Of a stretch of DNA of 64,000 nt, positions 50,966 to 61,028 are shown piece after piece; position 1 is the first letter of the stretch; the number at the start of each line of letters is the position of its first letter. This stretch comes from an uncultured delta proteobacterium (GTDB lineage: Bacteria > Desulfobacterota > Binatia > UBA9968): contig CAVTUQ010000019.1 of NCBI GenBank assembly GCA_963737905.1, positions 183,584 through 247,583 of the forward strand, given 5' to 3'. The translations under genes were made by a program, and so were the position numbers. The notes below the pieces were generated by a model. That model was not told where the DNA came from. It ran no database searches and saw only the letters and a list, made by a program, of their open reading frames with translations.

Positions 50966-52624
50966 CTCGTCTGTTTTCCCCCGGATCAGCGATTCGGGGT
51001 GACGTTCGAGGTAGTCTGCCAAAACGCGCAGCGATCGCGCGGCGCGAGTGATTTCTTGCAGGGCATCGCGCAGTTCCTGCTGGGCGGGAGCGTCCTTACC
51101 AACGAGGGTCGCGTCCGTGTTATTGAGCACCCGGTCAACCACGCCAATCGTGCCCCGCAGATCGTCGAGGGTCGTCTTTAATCCGGGGGTGACGTCTGCA
51201 TCGAGGCGGTTTACTGCCTTGCCCGCATCCTTTAGCGTCTGGTCGAGGGAGACGAGCGCCTTTCTCAGATCGTCACCGATCGCTTCAAGCGGCAATTTGT
51301 CAAGCTTCGCGACAATGTTGGTGAGCTTGTCCTCGATGTCCTGGACGGTGCTCGGGACCACCGGCAGCACCGTCGGGTCCTGGTTCCAGTCGATCTTCGC
51401 CTTGGGCGCGTTTGGGAAGGAGGCGAAGGCGATGTAGAGCTGACCGGTGAGGAGGTTCCCGCTCCGGAGCTGCGCGCGCATCCCCCGCTGCTCGACCATG
51501 CGCTGAACGAAGGCGTGGCGCTGTTGTAGGCTTCGCTCAAGGGTTTCGCCGACGGCCGCTTCCTTTTGGCTCAAGCGCGCGACGAGGCGTTCGGGGAAGA
51601 ACACGAGCTCCACCCGTCCTCGAAGTCTCATAGTCTTCGGCTCGATGTCGATACCGACGTCGGTGACCTCGCCTGCCGGCAGACCGAGGACGGTAACCGG
51701 CGCGCCCACAGAGAGCCCGCGCATCGATTCGTTGAAATAGAGCACATAGCGCACCGAGATGGAGTCCGGCTGCTTCATCGCAGTGGACTGGTCACTGTAG
51801 AGAGTGAAAACCGCGTTCACAGCAGCGGGCTCGGCCTTGGCGGCGGAGGGCGGCGTATCGAACGCGAGGCCACCTGCGAGCAGTGCGACGAGAGATTGCG
51901 TGCGTACGTCCACTCCGCCCGCGCCGACCGAGACGTCGATGCCGCTGGCGTTCCAGAAGCGTGTGCCGGGATTGACGTACTTGTCGTAGGGCGCGTTGAC
52001 GAAGATCTTGATGTCCATCGCCGTGCCATCGCTCGACAGATCGTACGCGATGACCTGGCCCACCTGCAGGCGGCGGTAGTAGATCGGCGAGCCGATCCCC
52101 AACGACCCCAGGTCTTTGGCCTTGAGCACGAACTGCCTGCCCGGCTGGCCGCTGGTGATGATCGGCGGTACCTCGAGCCCGGTGAACTTGCGCTGGCTCT
52201 TGTCCGATTTGCCGACCTCAAAACCAATGAAGTTGCCCGAGAGCAGGGTGCTGAGGCCGGATACCCCGCTCAGAGTGACGCGCGGCTCGACGACCCAGAA
52301 CTTCGCGTCTTCAACCATCAGGTCGCCCGCGCTTTTGTCGATCTTCGCCGTTACCTCTACCTTCGAGTGGTCGGAGGAAAGCTGCACCGCCGTCACTTGG
52401 CCGATGTTCACGTCCTTGTACTTGATGAAGGTCTTGCCGGCTTCGACTCCTTGGGCGGCTTTGAAGACAATGGTAATGGTCGGGCCTTCGCTCATGATGC
52501 GCTGGATCGCAATCCCGATGGCCACCACGGCGGCGAGGATCGGGATGATCCAGACGACCGAGATCCGCTGGCGCCGCCTTGGCACGACGGTGGCTCGCGG
52601 CAGGTTGTCGGGGCTTTCAGCCAT
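50963..52624 (-). CDS. pqiB: MCE-domain intermembrane transport protein PqiB
   Basis: VWIIP..A, three MCE domains (G.EAGKT.IKYKDV.IG.V; LGSL.IGSP.YYR.LQVG.V; S.RGL.VGAPV), LE.HPESLIRG. Confidence 0.93.
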   Translation of the reverse strand: MAESPDNLPRATVVPRRRQRISVVWIIPILAAVVAIGIAIQRIMSEGPTITIVFKAAQGVEAGKTFIKYKDVNIGQVTAVQLSSDHSKVEVTAKIDKSAGDLMVEDAKFWVVEPRVTLSGVSGLSTLLSGNFIGFEVGKSDKSQRKFTGLEVPPIITSGQPGRQFVLKAKDLGSLGIGSPIYYRRLQVGQVIAYDLSSDGTAMDIKIFVNAPYDKYVNPGTRFWNASGIDVSVGAGGVDVRTQSLVALLAGGLAFDTPPSAAKAEPAAVNAVFTLYSDQSTAMKQPDSISVRYVLYFNESMRGLSVGAPVTVLGLPAGEVTDVGIDIEPKTMRLRGRVELVFFPERLVARLSQKEAAVGETLERSLQQRHAFVQRMVEQRGMRAQLRSGNLLTGQLYIAFASFPNAPKAKIDWNQDPTVLPVVPSTVQDIEDKLTNIVAKLDKLPLEAIGDDLRKALVSLDQTLKDAGKAVNRLDADVTPGLKTTLDDLRGTIGVVDRVLNNTDATLVGKDAPAQQELRDALQEITRAARSLRVLADYLERHPESLIRGKTDE

Positions 52625-53273
52625 GGTGCTCCGGTCTGCTCGTTTCCGAATCCCAAATCAGACGTGGATCAAAGGACTCCGCAGCGATCATTGTTAGCAC
52701 GACTACCGCCGCGAAAAACAGCACTCCCGGGCCAGGCTCCACCGACATCAGCGGCGAGAGCTGCACGAGGGCGACGGTGAACGTGTCGACGAACACGTCG
52801 AGCATCGACCACCGCCCGATAAATACGACCATGCGATAGAGCCGGGTGCGCTCGCGGTTGCCGCCGAGAGTACCGCGCTGCACCGTGATCAGCAGATAAA
52901 CGAGCGCCACCAGCTTGCCCAGCGGCACCATCACGCTGGCGATCAGCACGATGAGCGCGAGCGGCCACGATCCCGACGTGTAAAGAAACACGACCCCGCC
53001 CATGATGGTGTCGGAATCGGTGGATCCGAGCGTGGTCGTATTGAGCACCGGCAACATGTTTGCGGGGATGTAGCAGATCGCCGCGGCGATGACGAGCGCC
53101 CAAGTGTACTGGATGGAATTGTGGCGCCGCCACACGAGCTCCGCGCCGCAGCGCGGGCAATAGCCCGGCTCGGCCGGGTCAGCCGGCCGCGAAAGCAAAC
53201 TGCACATCTCGCAGGAAACCAGTCCCGCCTGGGCGGCGGTCAGTGGAACAGCGCTCATCGTATTACTTGCCAT
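52617..53273 (-). CDS. pqiA: Paraquat-inducible protein A (C-terminal half type)
   Basis: C..C...CPRCG, YIPAN.LP, IGRWSMLDVFV, FDPRLIWD. Confidence 0.92.
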   Translation of the reverse strand: MASNTMSAVPLTAAQAGLVSCEMCSLLSRPADPAEPGYCPRCGAELVWRRHNSIQYTWALVIAAAICYIPANMLPVLNTTTLGSTDSDTIMGGVVFLYTSGSWPLALIVLIASVMVPLGKLVALVYLLITVQRGTLGGNRERTRLYRMVVFIGRWSMLDVFVDTFTVALVQLSPLMSVEPGPGVLFFAAVVVLTMIAAESFDPRLIWDSETSRPEHHG

Positions 53274-53422
53274 GTAGAATACCTAAACATACGAGGGTCG
53301 AGGGTCGGGTGTCGGAGGGGAAATTCCTTCGTCTTTCTCGCCAGTGCTCCCTATCACCCGAAACCGATCACTGTTTACTGATCACGGATCAGTACTCTTC
53401 AACCCTTGTCACTTGACACTCG

Positions 53423-54049
53423 TCACTCGACACTCTTTCGCGGTGGTCTGCCGTCGGCCCACTCAACTCTCTGCCAGATTTCGTCTTCATCGAATGTCAC
53501 CATGATCGCAGGAAAGAGGATCACCAGCGCCCCACCGCGTACATGCCGATGCCGGCTTCCACCGAGGCTAGCTCGGCGATCTTGATGAGCGCAACGAGAA
53601 TGCCGAGCATCATCACCTCGTTCATCGACCAGGGCTTCATTATCTCGGCCCCGCGCAGCATCTCGTTGACCCACGCCGGCGCCGGGGGCCGCCGCGCCGC
53701 GAGCAGACACCGTCAACATGAACAGGATATAGCCCGCAGGAGCAATCACCGCGCAGAACGCGACGATCATGGCGGTGATTGCTTCGCCCTGAAACAACAT
53801 CTCCTTGGCGCCGCCACCGATGGTCGTGCTCGCATGACGCCCGACGGCTGAAAGGCTCATCAGGGGCGCGGTATTGGCGATAATGAATGCGATGGCCGCC
53901 GTAACCGTAAGGGCGAGCGGCAAATCGATCGGTTCAGCCAACCGGCTCGCAACCGTACAGGCGCAGCGCGGGCAGCGCGCCTTGGCGCCGGGCGGCAGTT
54001 CCGGCAACTCCTGCAGCAGGTCGCAATCAGGACAAGCGATGGTTTCCAT
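53423..54049 (-). pseudogene. pqiA: Paraquat-inducible protein A (N-terminal half type) with compensating frameshifts
   Basis: ACPDCDLL...A.CPRC; the middle (PWSMNEVMMLGILVALIKIAELA) is read in another frame between about 53705 and 53540. Confidence 0.8.
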
Positions 54050-54113
54050 AAGTGATTAGCGGCTTTGACAAGGATTCTATGATGACTTCTTAGCGAAGAA
54101 TTGAAAGCTTGTA

Positions 54114-54133
54114 TATTGGACTTTAGTCCAATA
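54114..54133. promoter_or_regulatory. Palindromic operator, copy 3 (TATTGGACTTTAGTCCAATA)
   Basis: 65 bp upstream of the pqiA start; exact reverse complement of copy 1. Confidence 0.7.
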
Positions 54134-54450
54134 CGCGCGAACGGAAGAATGGAACGTTGGAGTAATAGAATGACTGACATTTTTCCATAATTCCGCTATC
54201 CATCATTGCAGTCTTCCGACCGAATCTGAAACCTGAAACCAGAAACCGGACACCCATTTCACACCGATCACTGTATTTCAGTTCGTCCTCTCCCCTCGCC
54301 ATTCGTTCCCTGACTGATTACCGATTATTGATTACTAGTCTTCTCCCACTTGTCCCTCAGGACTTTGCGCCGATCGCGGCGGCTTCGATAACCCGTGTCT
54401 GGAGGTCCTCTTCACTGAAACTCATCCCGGCATCTCCACTCTTAGGATCA

Positions 54451-56496
54451 TCACGTTTTTTCTGCCCGCCCGTCGGACTCGTTTAGCGGCTGGGTTTGAG
54501 GCTTCTTTTTTTCGCTCGTAGCTTCATTGGATCCTGGCGGCGGGTAGATCACGGACCCACGGATCTGGCGCACTTCATCCGGTGAGAAGTTGGGGAACGG
54601 GAGACGGTCTTCCTCCCGCCACTCGCGCACCTGGTTTTCCGCGGCCCGTGCTTTCCCGTCGTCCAGACCGCCATCGCGTGAAAAATACAGTGTCTGCGAA
54701 GGAAAAGCGATCGCCGCGCCGCTCTGCTCGATGATGTCGATGACACGCAGGAACACGTCCTCCCGGATACTCAGGAACTCCGGCAGGTTCCGAGTCATCG
54801 CATACGCGAACACCTCGATATCCAATGAACTGGCGCCGAATCCGACGAACCGCACGCGCGCCGATTCCGGGTCAATGCGCGGGTGACTCAGGAGCATCTT
54901 TCGGAGCGTGGCGAGGACATAACGCAGCTGATCCGAGCTCGTCTCGTAGCGAACACCGATGACAGTCTGGATCAGGATCCGGTCCCGCCGAGCGAAGTTC
55001 ACGATAGGCATCTTCGAGAGCGCCGCGTTGGGAATCGTCGTGAGCGTGCGATCGACGCCTCGAATTCGCGTCGAGCGAAGGCCGATTGCTTCCACGGTGC
55101 CGAGACTATCGCCGTATCTGCCGAGGTCGCCGACCGCTATGGGCTTGTCGGCGAACAGGCTAAGGCCGCCGATCAGGTTCTCAATCGTCGGTTGTGCAGA
55201 AAGAGCGAGGGCCAGCCCGCCGACGCCGAGTCCCGCGACGATCCCATACAGCGGGACCCCAAGCCCATCGGCGCCCATGGCCAATAAGCCCGCGCCAACC
55301 AAGATGCCCAGCAGGCGGGCGCAAATTCGAATGAGGTGTGCGTCGATGCTCTCGGGAGCGATACGAGGGGAAGCGATGATCGCTTCGGCGACTACCGGTG
55401 CGATGCGCCAGGATATCCAAGTGCCCGCAAGATATATCGTCGCGGTTGCTATAAGCACGATCGCGGCCGCCACTTCACCGATGAAGTTGATTTGAGCGAG
55501 CGCAAGGTAGGCGACGGCCGGCGCCGCCGCAAGGATGATCACGGGTAGCGCCAACCGCGCCAGCGCCTGCAGGACCGGGCGCTCGCCACTACCCCGCCAC
55601 GACAACCAATATGCGTATCGCAGGATCAACGCAAAGAGCGCGATGACGACGGCTAGAGCAAACCACTTCCAAACGGCCTGACCAATTATCGGCATGCGAA
55701 GCCACTCCGGCATCGCCTGGACCCAGGAGAAGGGAATTAGCCAGCCGCCACCCTCTACTACAAGCTCGCGCGGATTCTTGAGCGGAACCGGACGGATATA
55801 GGGGAGCCCACGCACCCGCTGGTAGAACTCATCCGATTTTGCAACGGTGCCCGCGCTGAAGAGAAACTCACCCGCGCGCGGCCCGCTTTGCATGCGAACC
55901 AGGGTGATCTCTGTATTCGGGATGACCCAGCGCGGAGGATCGGTCCCCGCAAGCAGTTTTAGTTGATCGGCGCCAGGAATCTGGTCAAAAGGGGGGATTT
56001 CGATCCTGCTGAGAATCTCATAGAGGGTCATCGCAGCATACGGCCCGAGTTTGACGCGAGCGGCCGGGGGAATCTCGCTGAGATCAAGGCATTCCAGCGG
56101 CACTTGAGCCAGGGATCGCATGCGGTTGAACCCTTCACGCGTGGGAGCCGAGATATATTCGCTGGCTACGAAAACGGTGACCGCATCCGCGGACTGAAGG
56201 AAAGTTCGTAGCGTGGCGCGGGGACTCGATCGGTCGGGTGGCTTGAGAGGATAAACCGCCTGAAGCGCGCCGGTCTGCTGCGCCCGCGTCTCGTCCTGAT
56301 AGGCTTGAAGACCGTTGTCCTCGTGGATGATGCTCTGGGCAAAGGCCTTATCCACAGTGAGGACGCATGACAGAAGGAACAGGAATAAAATGATAGCCCT
56401 GGTGGCTACGGTCATGTGCCGGTCTTTTTTCATCGCTTGTTGGTTCATGGCTGGTCGCATGGTTGGCGCTCCTTCTAAGTTTATTTTCCCGGGCAT
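54451..56496 (-). CDS. Large MscS-family channel with periplasmic N-terminal domain
   Basis: D.SSPRATL..F, FLFS..TV, GLGVGGLA.AL.AQ.T.EN.IGG..LFAD.P..VGD, AFPSQT; start uncertain. Confidence 0.9.
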   Translation of the reverse strand: MPGKINLEGAPTMRPAMNQQAMKKDRHMTVATRAIILFLFLLSCVLTVDKAFAQSIIHEDNGLQAYQDETRAQQTGALQAVYPLKPPDRSSPRATLRTFLQSADAVTVFVASEYISAPTREGFNRMRSLAQVPLECLDLSEIPPAARVKLGPYAAMTLYEILSRIEIPPFDQIPGADQLKLLAGTDPPRWVIPNTEITLVRMQSGPRAGEFLFSAGTVAKSDEFYQRVRGLPYIRPVPLKNPRELVVEGGGWLIPFSWVQAMPEWLRMPIIGQAVWKWFALAVVIALFALILRYAYWLSWRGSGERPVLQALARLALPVIILAAAPAVAYLALAQINFIGEVAAAIVLIATATIYLAGTWISWRIAPVVAEAIIASPRIAPESIDAHLIRICARLLGILVGAGLLAMGADGLGVPLYGIVAGLGVGGLALALSAQPTIENLIGGLSLFADKPIAVGDLGRYGDSLGTVEAIGLRSTRIRGVDRTLTTIPNAALSKMPIVNFARRDRILIQTVIGVRYETSSDQLRYVLATLRKMLLSHPRIDPESARVRFVGFGASSLDIEVFAYAMTRNLPEFLSIREDVFLRVIDIIEQSGAAIAFPSQTLYFSRDGGLDDGKARAAENQVREWREEDRLPFPNFSPDEVRQIRGSVIYPPPGSNEATSEKKKPQTQPLNESDGRAEKT

Positions 56497-56590
56497 ACCG
56501 AATGGAAGCCTATGACTTGCCTAACCTCGCCACTTAACACTCGTCACTCGCCACCCGGATTTGCCACTCCCCGATTCCGATTAGTTATAT

Positions 56591-57562
56591 CTACAGCCCC
56601 CCACCCCAGCGGAATTGCCAGGCAACCCCGGTCGCCCAAAAATTGTCGCCGCTGCGGCTGTAGACACCGTTGCTGCCGTAGAATTTGATTGAGTGGTTGC
56701 GGCTCACGGACAACGCCACGGTCGCGCCCAGGCGCGCGTGTCCCAGTTGCTCGCTCTTCTCGCCGTCGATGGTCGTGCGCCCGCCGCCGTAATAGGTGGC
56801 GTCCAGCGCCCCCCAGAGAGCGGGGAAGAACTCGTAGATGAGGTGCCCCTGCACGGAATAGATGGGAGCCTGCGCGAGTGTCTGTCCACCGAGGAAATCG
56901 TTATTGTTAGTGAACAACGTGACCGCGGGAATCAGCTCCAGTGTGACCGGGCCCCAGGCCTTGGACACGCCGAGCTCAGGCTTGATGGACCAGCGGTTGG
57001 TTCCGACGTTCAAGAGCTTGGTCGAGTCGTACTGACCAAGCGGCGGGGTCACCTGCAGGCTGGCGCCGACGATGAGGTCCTGGTGGTACGCCGGATATTC
57101 GTTCATCGAGAGCGCTGGGGCTCCGAAGAAGTTGACGGAGAGCCGAAGTATCGGATCGCCGAGTCCGGTCACTACTCGCCTCCGTTCTTCCCCGGCGAGC
57201 TTGGCGCTGCCCGCTACGTCGGCGACGGGCAACACCACGGCGAATTTCCCGGACAGGCCCCACACATCGAGGGACCGCGCGTAGGCGAGGTTGCCGCTTT
57301 GGACGTTGACCTTGGCATCTTTGATCGGCAACGAGGCCTCGAAGGCGACGTTGCCTTGTGTGTAACCATAGCCGGCGAGCAAGAAATTGATCCCGACCGG
57401 GGTATTCACGTAGGATCTGGGTTCGAGCGACTGCGCATAAACGCCGCGTTCCGGTACCACCATGGCGATCACGACTATTGCTGTCCACACCCAACCCACG
57501 AACGGCGCCACACATGACGCAAGGGTCACCCGTCCCGCATTTCCATCCAGTCCAAAACTCAC
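56591..57562 (-). CDS. Outer-membrane beta-barrel transporter (phenol degradation MetA-pathway-like)
   Basis: EPRSY.N.PVG.NF, G.GD...R.S.N..GAPAL, P.GQYD..KL.N.GTNRW, terminal WQFRW; start uncertain. Confidence 0.8.
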   Translation of the reverse strand: MSFGLDGNAGRVTLASCVAPFVGWVWTAIVVIAMVVPERGVYAQSLEPRSYVNTPVGINFLLAGYGYTQGNVAFEASLPIKDAKVNVQSGNLAYARSLDVWGLSGKFAVVLPVADVAGSAKLAGEERRRVVTGLGDPILRLSVNFFGAPALSMNEYPAYHQDLIVGASLQVTPPLGQYDSTKLLNVGTNRWSIKPELGVSKAWGPVTLELIPAVTLFTNNNDFLGGQTLAQAPIYSVQGHLIYEFFPALWGALDATYYGGGRTTIDGEKSEQLGHARLGATVALSVSRNHSIKFYGSNGVYSRSGDNFWATGVAWQFRWGGGL

Positions 57563-57564
57563 CG

Positions 57565-57773
57565 CTACTTGCTCGCCGGCGATGAAGTCTTCGGCATGAC
57601 CTGCATGACGATGAACCCTTTGCCGGTCGAGAAGTACACACGGCCCCCGTAGCCCGGCGTGATGAGCGAGCCGAAGGTCATCGGCTCGAAGAAGTCGGAC
57701 TCGGCGATGATCCGGCCGGTGGCGGCCTCGCGCCAGGTGAACTGCTCCTTGTAGTGAACAGCGCGTCGGTCAT
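57565..57773 (-). pseudogene. C-terminal remnant paralogous to the 61029 gene
   Basis: YKEQFTWREAATGRIIAESDFFEPMTFGSLITPGYGGRVYFSTGKGF...PASK* versus YKDQLTWRDAATGKILAESDFFEPLTINSLTPPGFGGRVYF. Confidence 0.8.
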
Positions 57774-57867
57774 CGCCTCCTTTTTAGCTGTTGTTCTACG
57801 TGCAAGCTAAGCGCACTTACCTCACGCGCTGGTGAATGCCAATCTAGGTCTGGGCGACGGGTCGCTC

Positions 57868-58225
57868 TCATCCTTTTCTAAGGTACAGCTCCCGCAGGGA
57901 TTTCTGGCCAGCGGCGTCGATGCCCAGAGCTTCTGCGAAATCGCCCTAGATTGTCCCGTGTCGCTTCTCCATTTCGTCGAACAACGCATCGAGATACTCC
58001 GCCTTCATGTAGAAGATGGCGAGGGCAATTGACCGGTCGCCGCCCGCCGCGACAAACGCATCAATCTCCTGATGGTATGCGGGAAGTCGGCCATGACCGT
58101 TTCCTTCGGCACGCCGAGCAACGTAAGCAGCACCGCCGCTCCCCAGCCGGTCCGATCCTTGCCGGTCGTGCAATGGTTACGGTTCGTAGCTCACTTCCGC
58201 CGTGACCTGGTCGAAGGCGACGCCC
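57868..58225 (-). pseudogene. Tyrosine-protein phosphatase (Y_phosphatase3-like) remnant
   Basis: HCTTGKDRTGW P-loop, AAVLLTLLG, EYLDA.FDEM..R.GTI and LGIDAAGQ in several frames. Confidence 0.75.
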
Positions 58226-58227
58226 TT

Positions 58228-60603
58228 TTACTGCCTCATCATTGCTAAATTCAAGCGCTCTTCGTGCGAAATGAGATGGTCAAAGTCTTCCTTACCCACG
58301 TCAATCTGCACCCAGGTCACTTCACCGTTGAAGGCGTTGCCGTGAACGCCGTAATCTTGCGATACCGGCAAACCGGTATCCCGGCCGACATCGCACCCAT
58401 CGTCAAAAGAAAAGATAAACGGCACCGTCTGATCAACGCGCCCTTCGCCTGCTTTTTGGCCGTCGACATAGAGCGAGACGTTACCGCCTTTGGCAATCCC
58501 GCCGCCATCATAGGCAAACTCCATGCGTACCTGGTGTGTTCCGGCGGGCAAGGTGTTGGCGCTTTCGATGTAGAAATATTGGCGGCCAACGAGGTTGTAG
58601 CAGTACTTCAATTTGCCCTTGTGCGCATAGAGCGACCACCCGCCGCCGCCGACTGCGCCGCCTTGCGCAATGATTACACCCTGCGCGCCGCTTGCCGGAA
58701 TTTCCACCTCGGCGGTTACCGAGTGGGATTTGTTCTTGATGTTGATGACCGAGTTCTCCGTCAGCCGTCCCATACCGCCAAAGAGCAACTGCGAATCTCC
58801 CCGAATCAACTGCGGGCGGCCGGCCATATCGGAATTCATTCGCTCCAAGAGGCGGTCGTCGAGCGGGAGAACGTTGTATTTGGTGGCCTCAATCAGCCAC
58901 AAACGTTGCAGTTCGTGCAGTTTTTCCGGCATCTCTTTTGACAGGTCGCGCGCTTGTGTCCAGTCCTTGTTGGTGTCGTAAAGTTCCCATACGTCGTCGT
59001 CAAAGGCCGCCAAACCTCCCGAGCCGAAAGCCCAGGGAGTCCTGTGCTTGGTCACCGCGGTCCAGCCTTTGTGATAAATGCCGCGATTGCAAAACATTTC
59101 AAAGTACTGGGTCTCGTGCCGCTCGGACGCCTTGGCGTCGTTGAACGAGTACAGCATGCTCATGCCCTCGATGGGCTTTTGCTGAATGCCGTGCACGAAC
59201 GCGGGTTGGGGAATGCCCGCGGCTTCCAGGATGGTCGGCGCTACATCGATCACATGCGCGAACTGGCTGCGGAGACCACCTTTCTCCTTGATCCCGTTGG
59301 GCCAATGGATGATGGTCCCGTTACGCGTGCCACCCCAGTGCGAGGCGACCTGCTTGGTCCATTGATACGGTGTGTCCATGGCATGCGCCCAGCCAACCGC
59401 AAAGTGGTTGTAACCCAAGGGACCGCCCAGATCATCAATGATGGACATCAGATACTCGGGCGTCTCGAGCGCCGCGAAACCGTTCGGGCTCAGGAGTTCG
59501 TTAAAGGTGCCGTTGAGCGTGCCTTCTGCGGAAGCGCCGTTATCGCCGACGATGACATAGACCAGCGTATCGTCGAGGACACCTAGATCCTGAATCGCAT
59601 CCACCAGCCGACCGACGTGATGGTCGGTATGTTCCAGAAAGCCGGCGTACACTTCCATTTGGCGCACAAGGACGGGTTTGAGCGCCTCAGGCATATCCCC
59701 CCAGGCGGGAATCTCCTTGTGCCGGACGGTCAGCGCCGCCTCCTGAGGAATGACGCCGAGTGTCTTTTGTCGCGCGAAGGTCTCTTCACGCAGCTTGTCC
59801 CAGCCCTGATCGAACTTGCCCTTGTACTTGTCCGCCCATTCCTTCGGCACGTGGTGCGGGGCATGGGTCGCGCCCGGCGCAAAGTACATGAAGAACGGCT
59901 TGTCGGACATCAGCGCCTTCTGTTGGCGAACCCACTTGATGGCCTTGGTGGTCATGTCATCCGTGAAGTGATATCCCTGCTCTGGAGTTTTTTCGGGCTC
60001 GATCGGAGTCGTGCCTTCATAAATAGCGGGATAGTACTGATGGGTGTCGCCGCCGATGAAGCCATAGAAGTACTCGAACCCGCCGCCGCCGCTGGGCCAA
60101 GCATCAAACGGTCCCATCGGGCTGGTTTGCCACGGAGGCACCTCATGGCATTTGCCGAACTGGGCGGTGCTGTATCCGTTGAGCTTCAACGTCTCGGCCA
60201 GGGGCGCAGCACTTTTCGGACGCAGTGAGTTGTAGCCGGGGGCCGATGTCGCCATTTCGGTAACAGTGCCATAACCGACCGAGTGATGGTTCCGCCCGGT
60301 GAGCAGGGCAGCGCGCGTGGGCGAGCAAAGGGCAGTGGTGTGGAACCGGTTGTACTTGAGCCCGTTGGCGGCGAGCTTCTCGAAGTTCGGCGTGTAGCAG
60401 GGGCCACCAAAGGCGCTCGATGCGCCGAAGCCGACGTCGTCCAAGAGAATAATTAAAACGTTTGGCGCGCCTTTCGGCGGGCGCAACTGCTCGATCGGCG
60501 GATACTTTGTATCCGGATGCTTGGCATCATAGGTGGTCAGCCCGGTACGAGGCGGATCCGGAATCGGGAGAATTGATCGTTGTTGGTCGTTTTGATCAGC
60601 CAT
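58228..60603 (-). CDS. Arylsulfatase (formylglycine-dependent, AtsA-like)
   Basis: PNVLIILLDDVG, CSPTRAALLTGR, FGKCH, GDNGAS.EG; C-terminal LamG-like domain. Confidence 0.95.
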   Translation of the reverse strand: MADQNDQQRSILPIPDPPRTGLTTYDAKHPDTKYPPIEQLRPPKGAPNVLIILLDDVGFGASSAFGGPCYTPNFEKLAANGLKYNRFHTTALCSPTRAALLTGRNHHSVGYGTVTEMATSAPGYNSLRPKSAAPLAETLKLNGYSTAQFGKCHEVPPWQTSPMGPFDAWPSGGGGFEYFYGFIGGDTHQYYPAIYEGTTPIEPEKTPEQGYHFTDDMTTKAIKWVRQQKALMSDKPFFMYFAPGATHAPHHVPKEWADKYKGKFDQGWDKLREETFARQKTLGVIPQEAALTVRHKEIPAWGDMPEALKPVLVRQMEVYAGFLEHTDHHVGRLVDAIQDLGVLDDTLVYVIVGDNGASAEGTLNGTFNELLSPNGFAALETPEYLMSIIDDLGGPLGYNHFAVGWAHAMDTPYQWTKQVASHWGGTRNGTIIHWPNGIKEKGGLRSQFAHVIDVAPTILEAAGIPQPAFVHGIQQKPIEGMSMLYSFNDAKASERHETQYFEMFCNRGIYHKGWTAVTKHRTPWAFGSGGLAAFDDDVWELYDTNKDWTQARDLSKEMPEKLHELQRLWLIEATKYNVLPLDDRLLERMNSDMAGRPQLIRGDSQLLFGGMGRLTENSVINIKNKSHSVTAEVEIPASGAQGVIIAQGGAVGGGGWSLYAHKGKLKYCYNLVGRQYFYIESANTLPAGTHQVRMEFAYDGGGIAKGGNVSLYVDGQKAGEGRVDQTVPFIFSFDDGCDVGRDTGLPVSQDYGVHGNAFNGEVTWVQIDVGKEDFDHLISHEERLNLAMMRQ

Positions 60604-60812
60604 ATAAGGCTCCTTTTTTGGGTTTTGTCAGTTGTTTAGTTGGTCCGGTTTTTAGTCGCATTCCGCATCTGCACGCTGGTTGCTTCGCCTGCACGGTAGA
60701 AACGTCGTGCGGGCATGTTTCAGCCTCTTGCAGAATTCATTGATTTTTTTATAGCGCGCTCTCCTCTTATTTAGTGTTCTTTCACATTAACCAAACTCCG
60801 CAAATGCTGTCC

Positions 60813-60830
60813 ATTGGACTTTGGTCCAAT
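60813..60830. promoter_or_regulatory. Palindromic operator, copy 4 (ATTGGACTTTGGTCCAAT)
   Basis: About 210 bp upstream of the arylsulfatase; identical to copy 2. Confidence 0.65.
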
Positions 60831-61028
60831 AGCTTGGGAGTTCCTGAACCTGAAACCTGAAACCAATTTGACATGGGTTTCGGATCCAGGCGTCAGGTGT
60901 CAGGTTTCGGGGATAACGATCTGATACTGAATACCGAAACCTGAAACCTGTTTTTCCCCACCCGTCGCTCGATATTTTTTCGCTACTCGCTCACCTTGTT
61001 ATCCTGCTGCGCCTGCAAACAACCGCAG

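Noticed and set aside
50685-50966. 94-aa N-terminal extension of PqiC in the ORF track
   Set aside because: It is the translation of periodic intergenic repeats; an RBS and lipobox support the start at 50684
51566-52780. Long opposite-strand ORFs (for example 51566..52780, 56693..57517, 60996..61805, 10678..11271)
   Set aside because: Shadow ORFs caused by high-GC codon bias opposite well-supported genes
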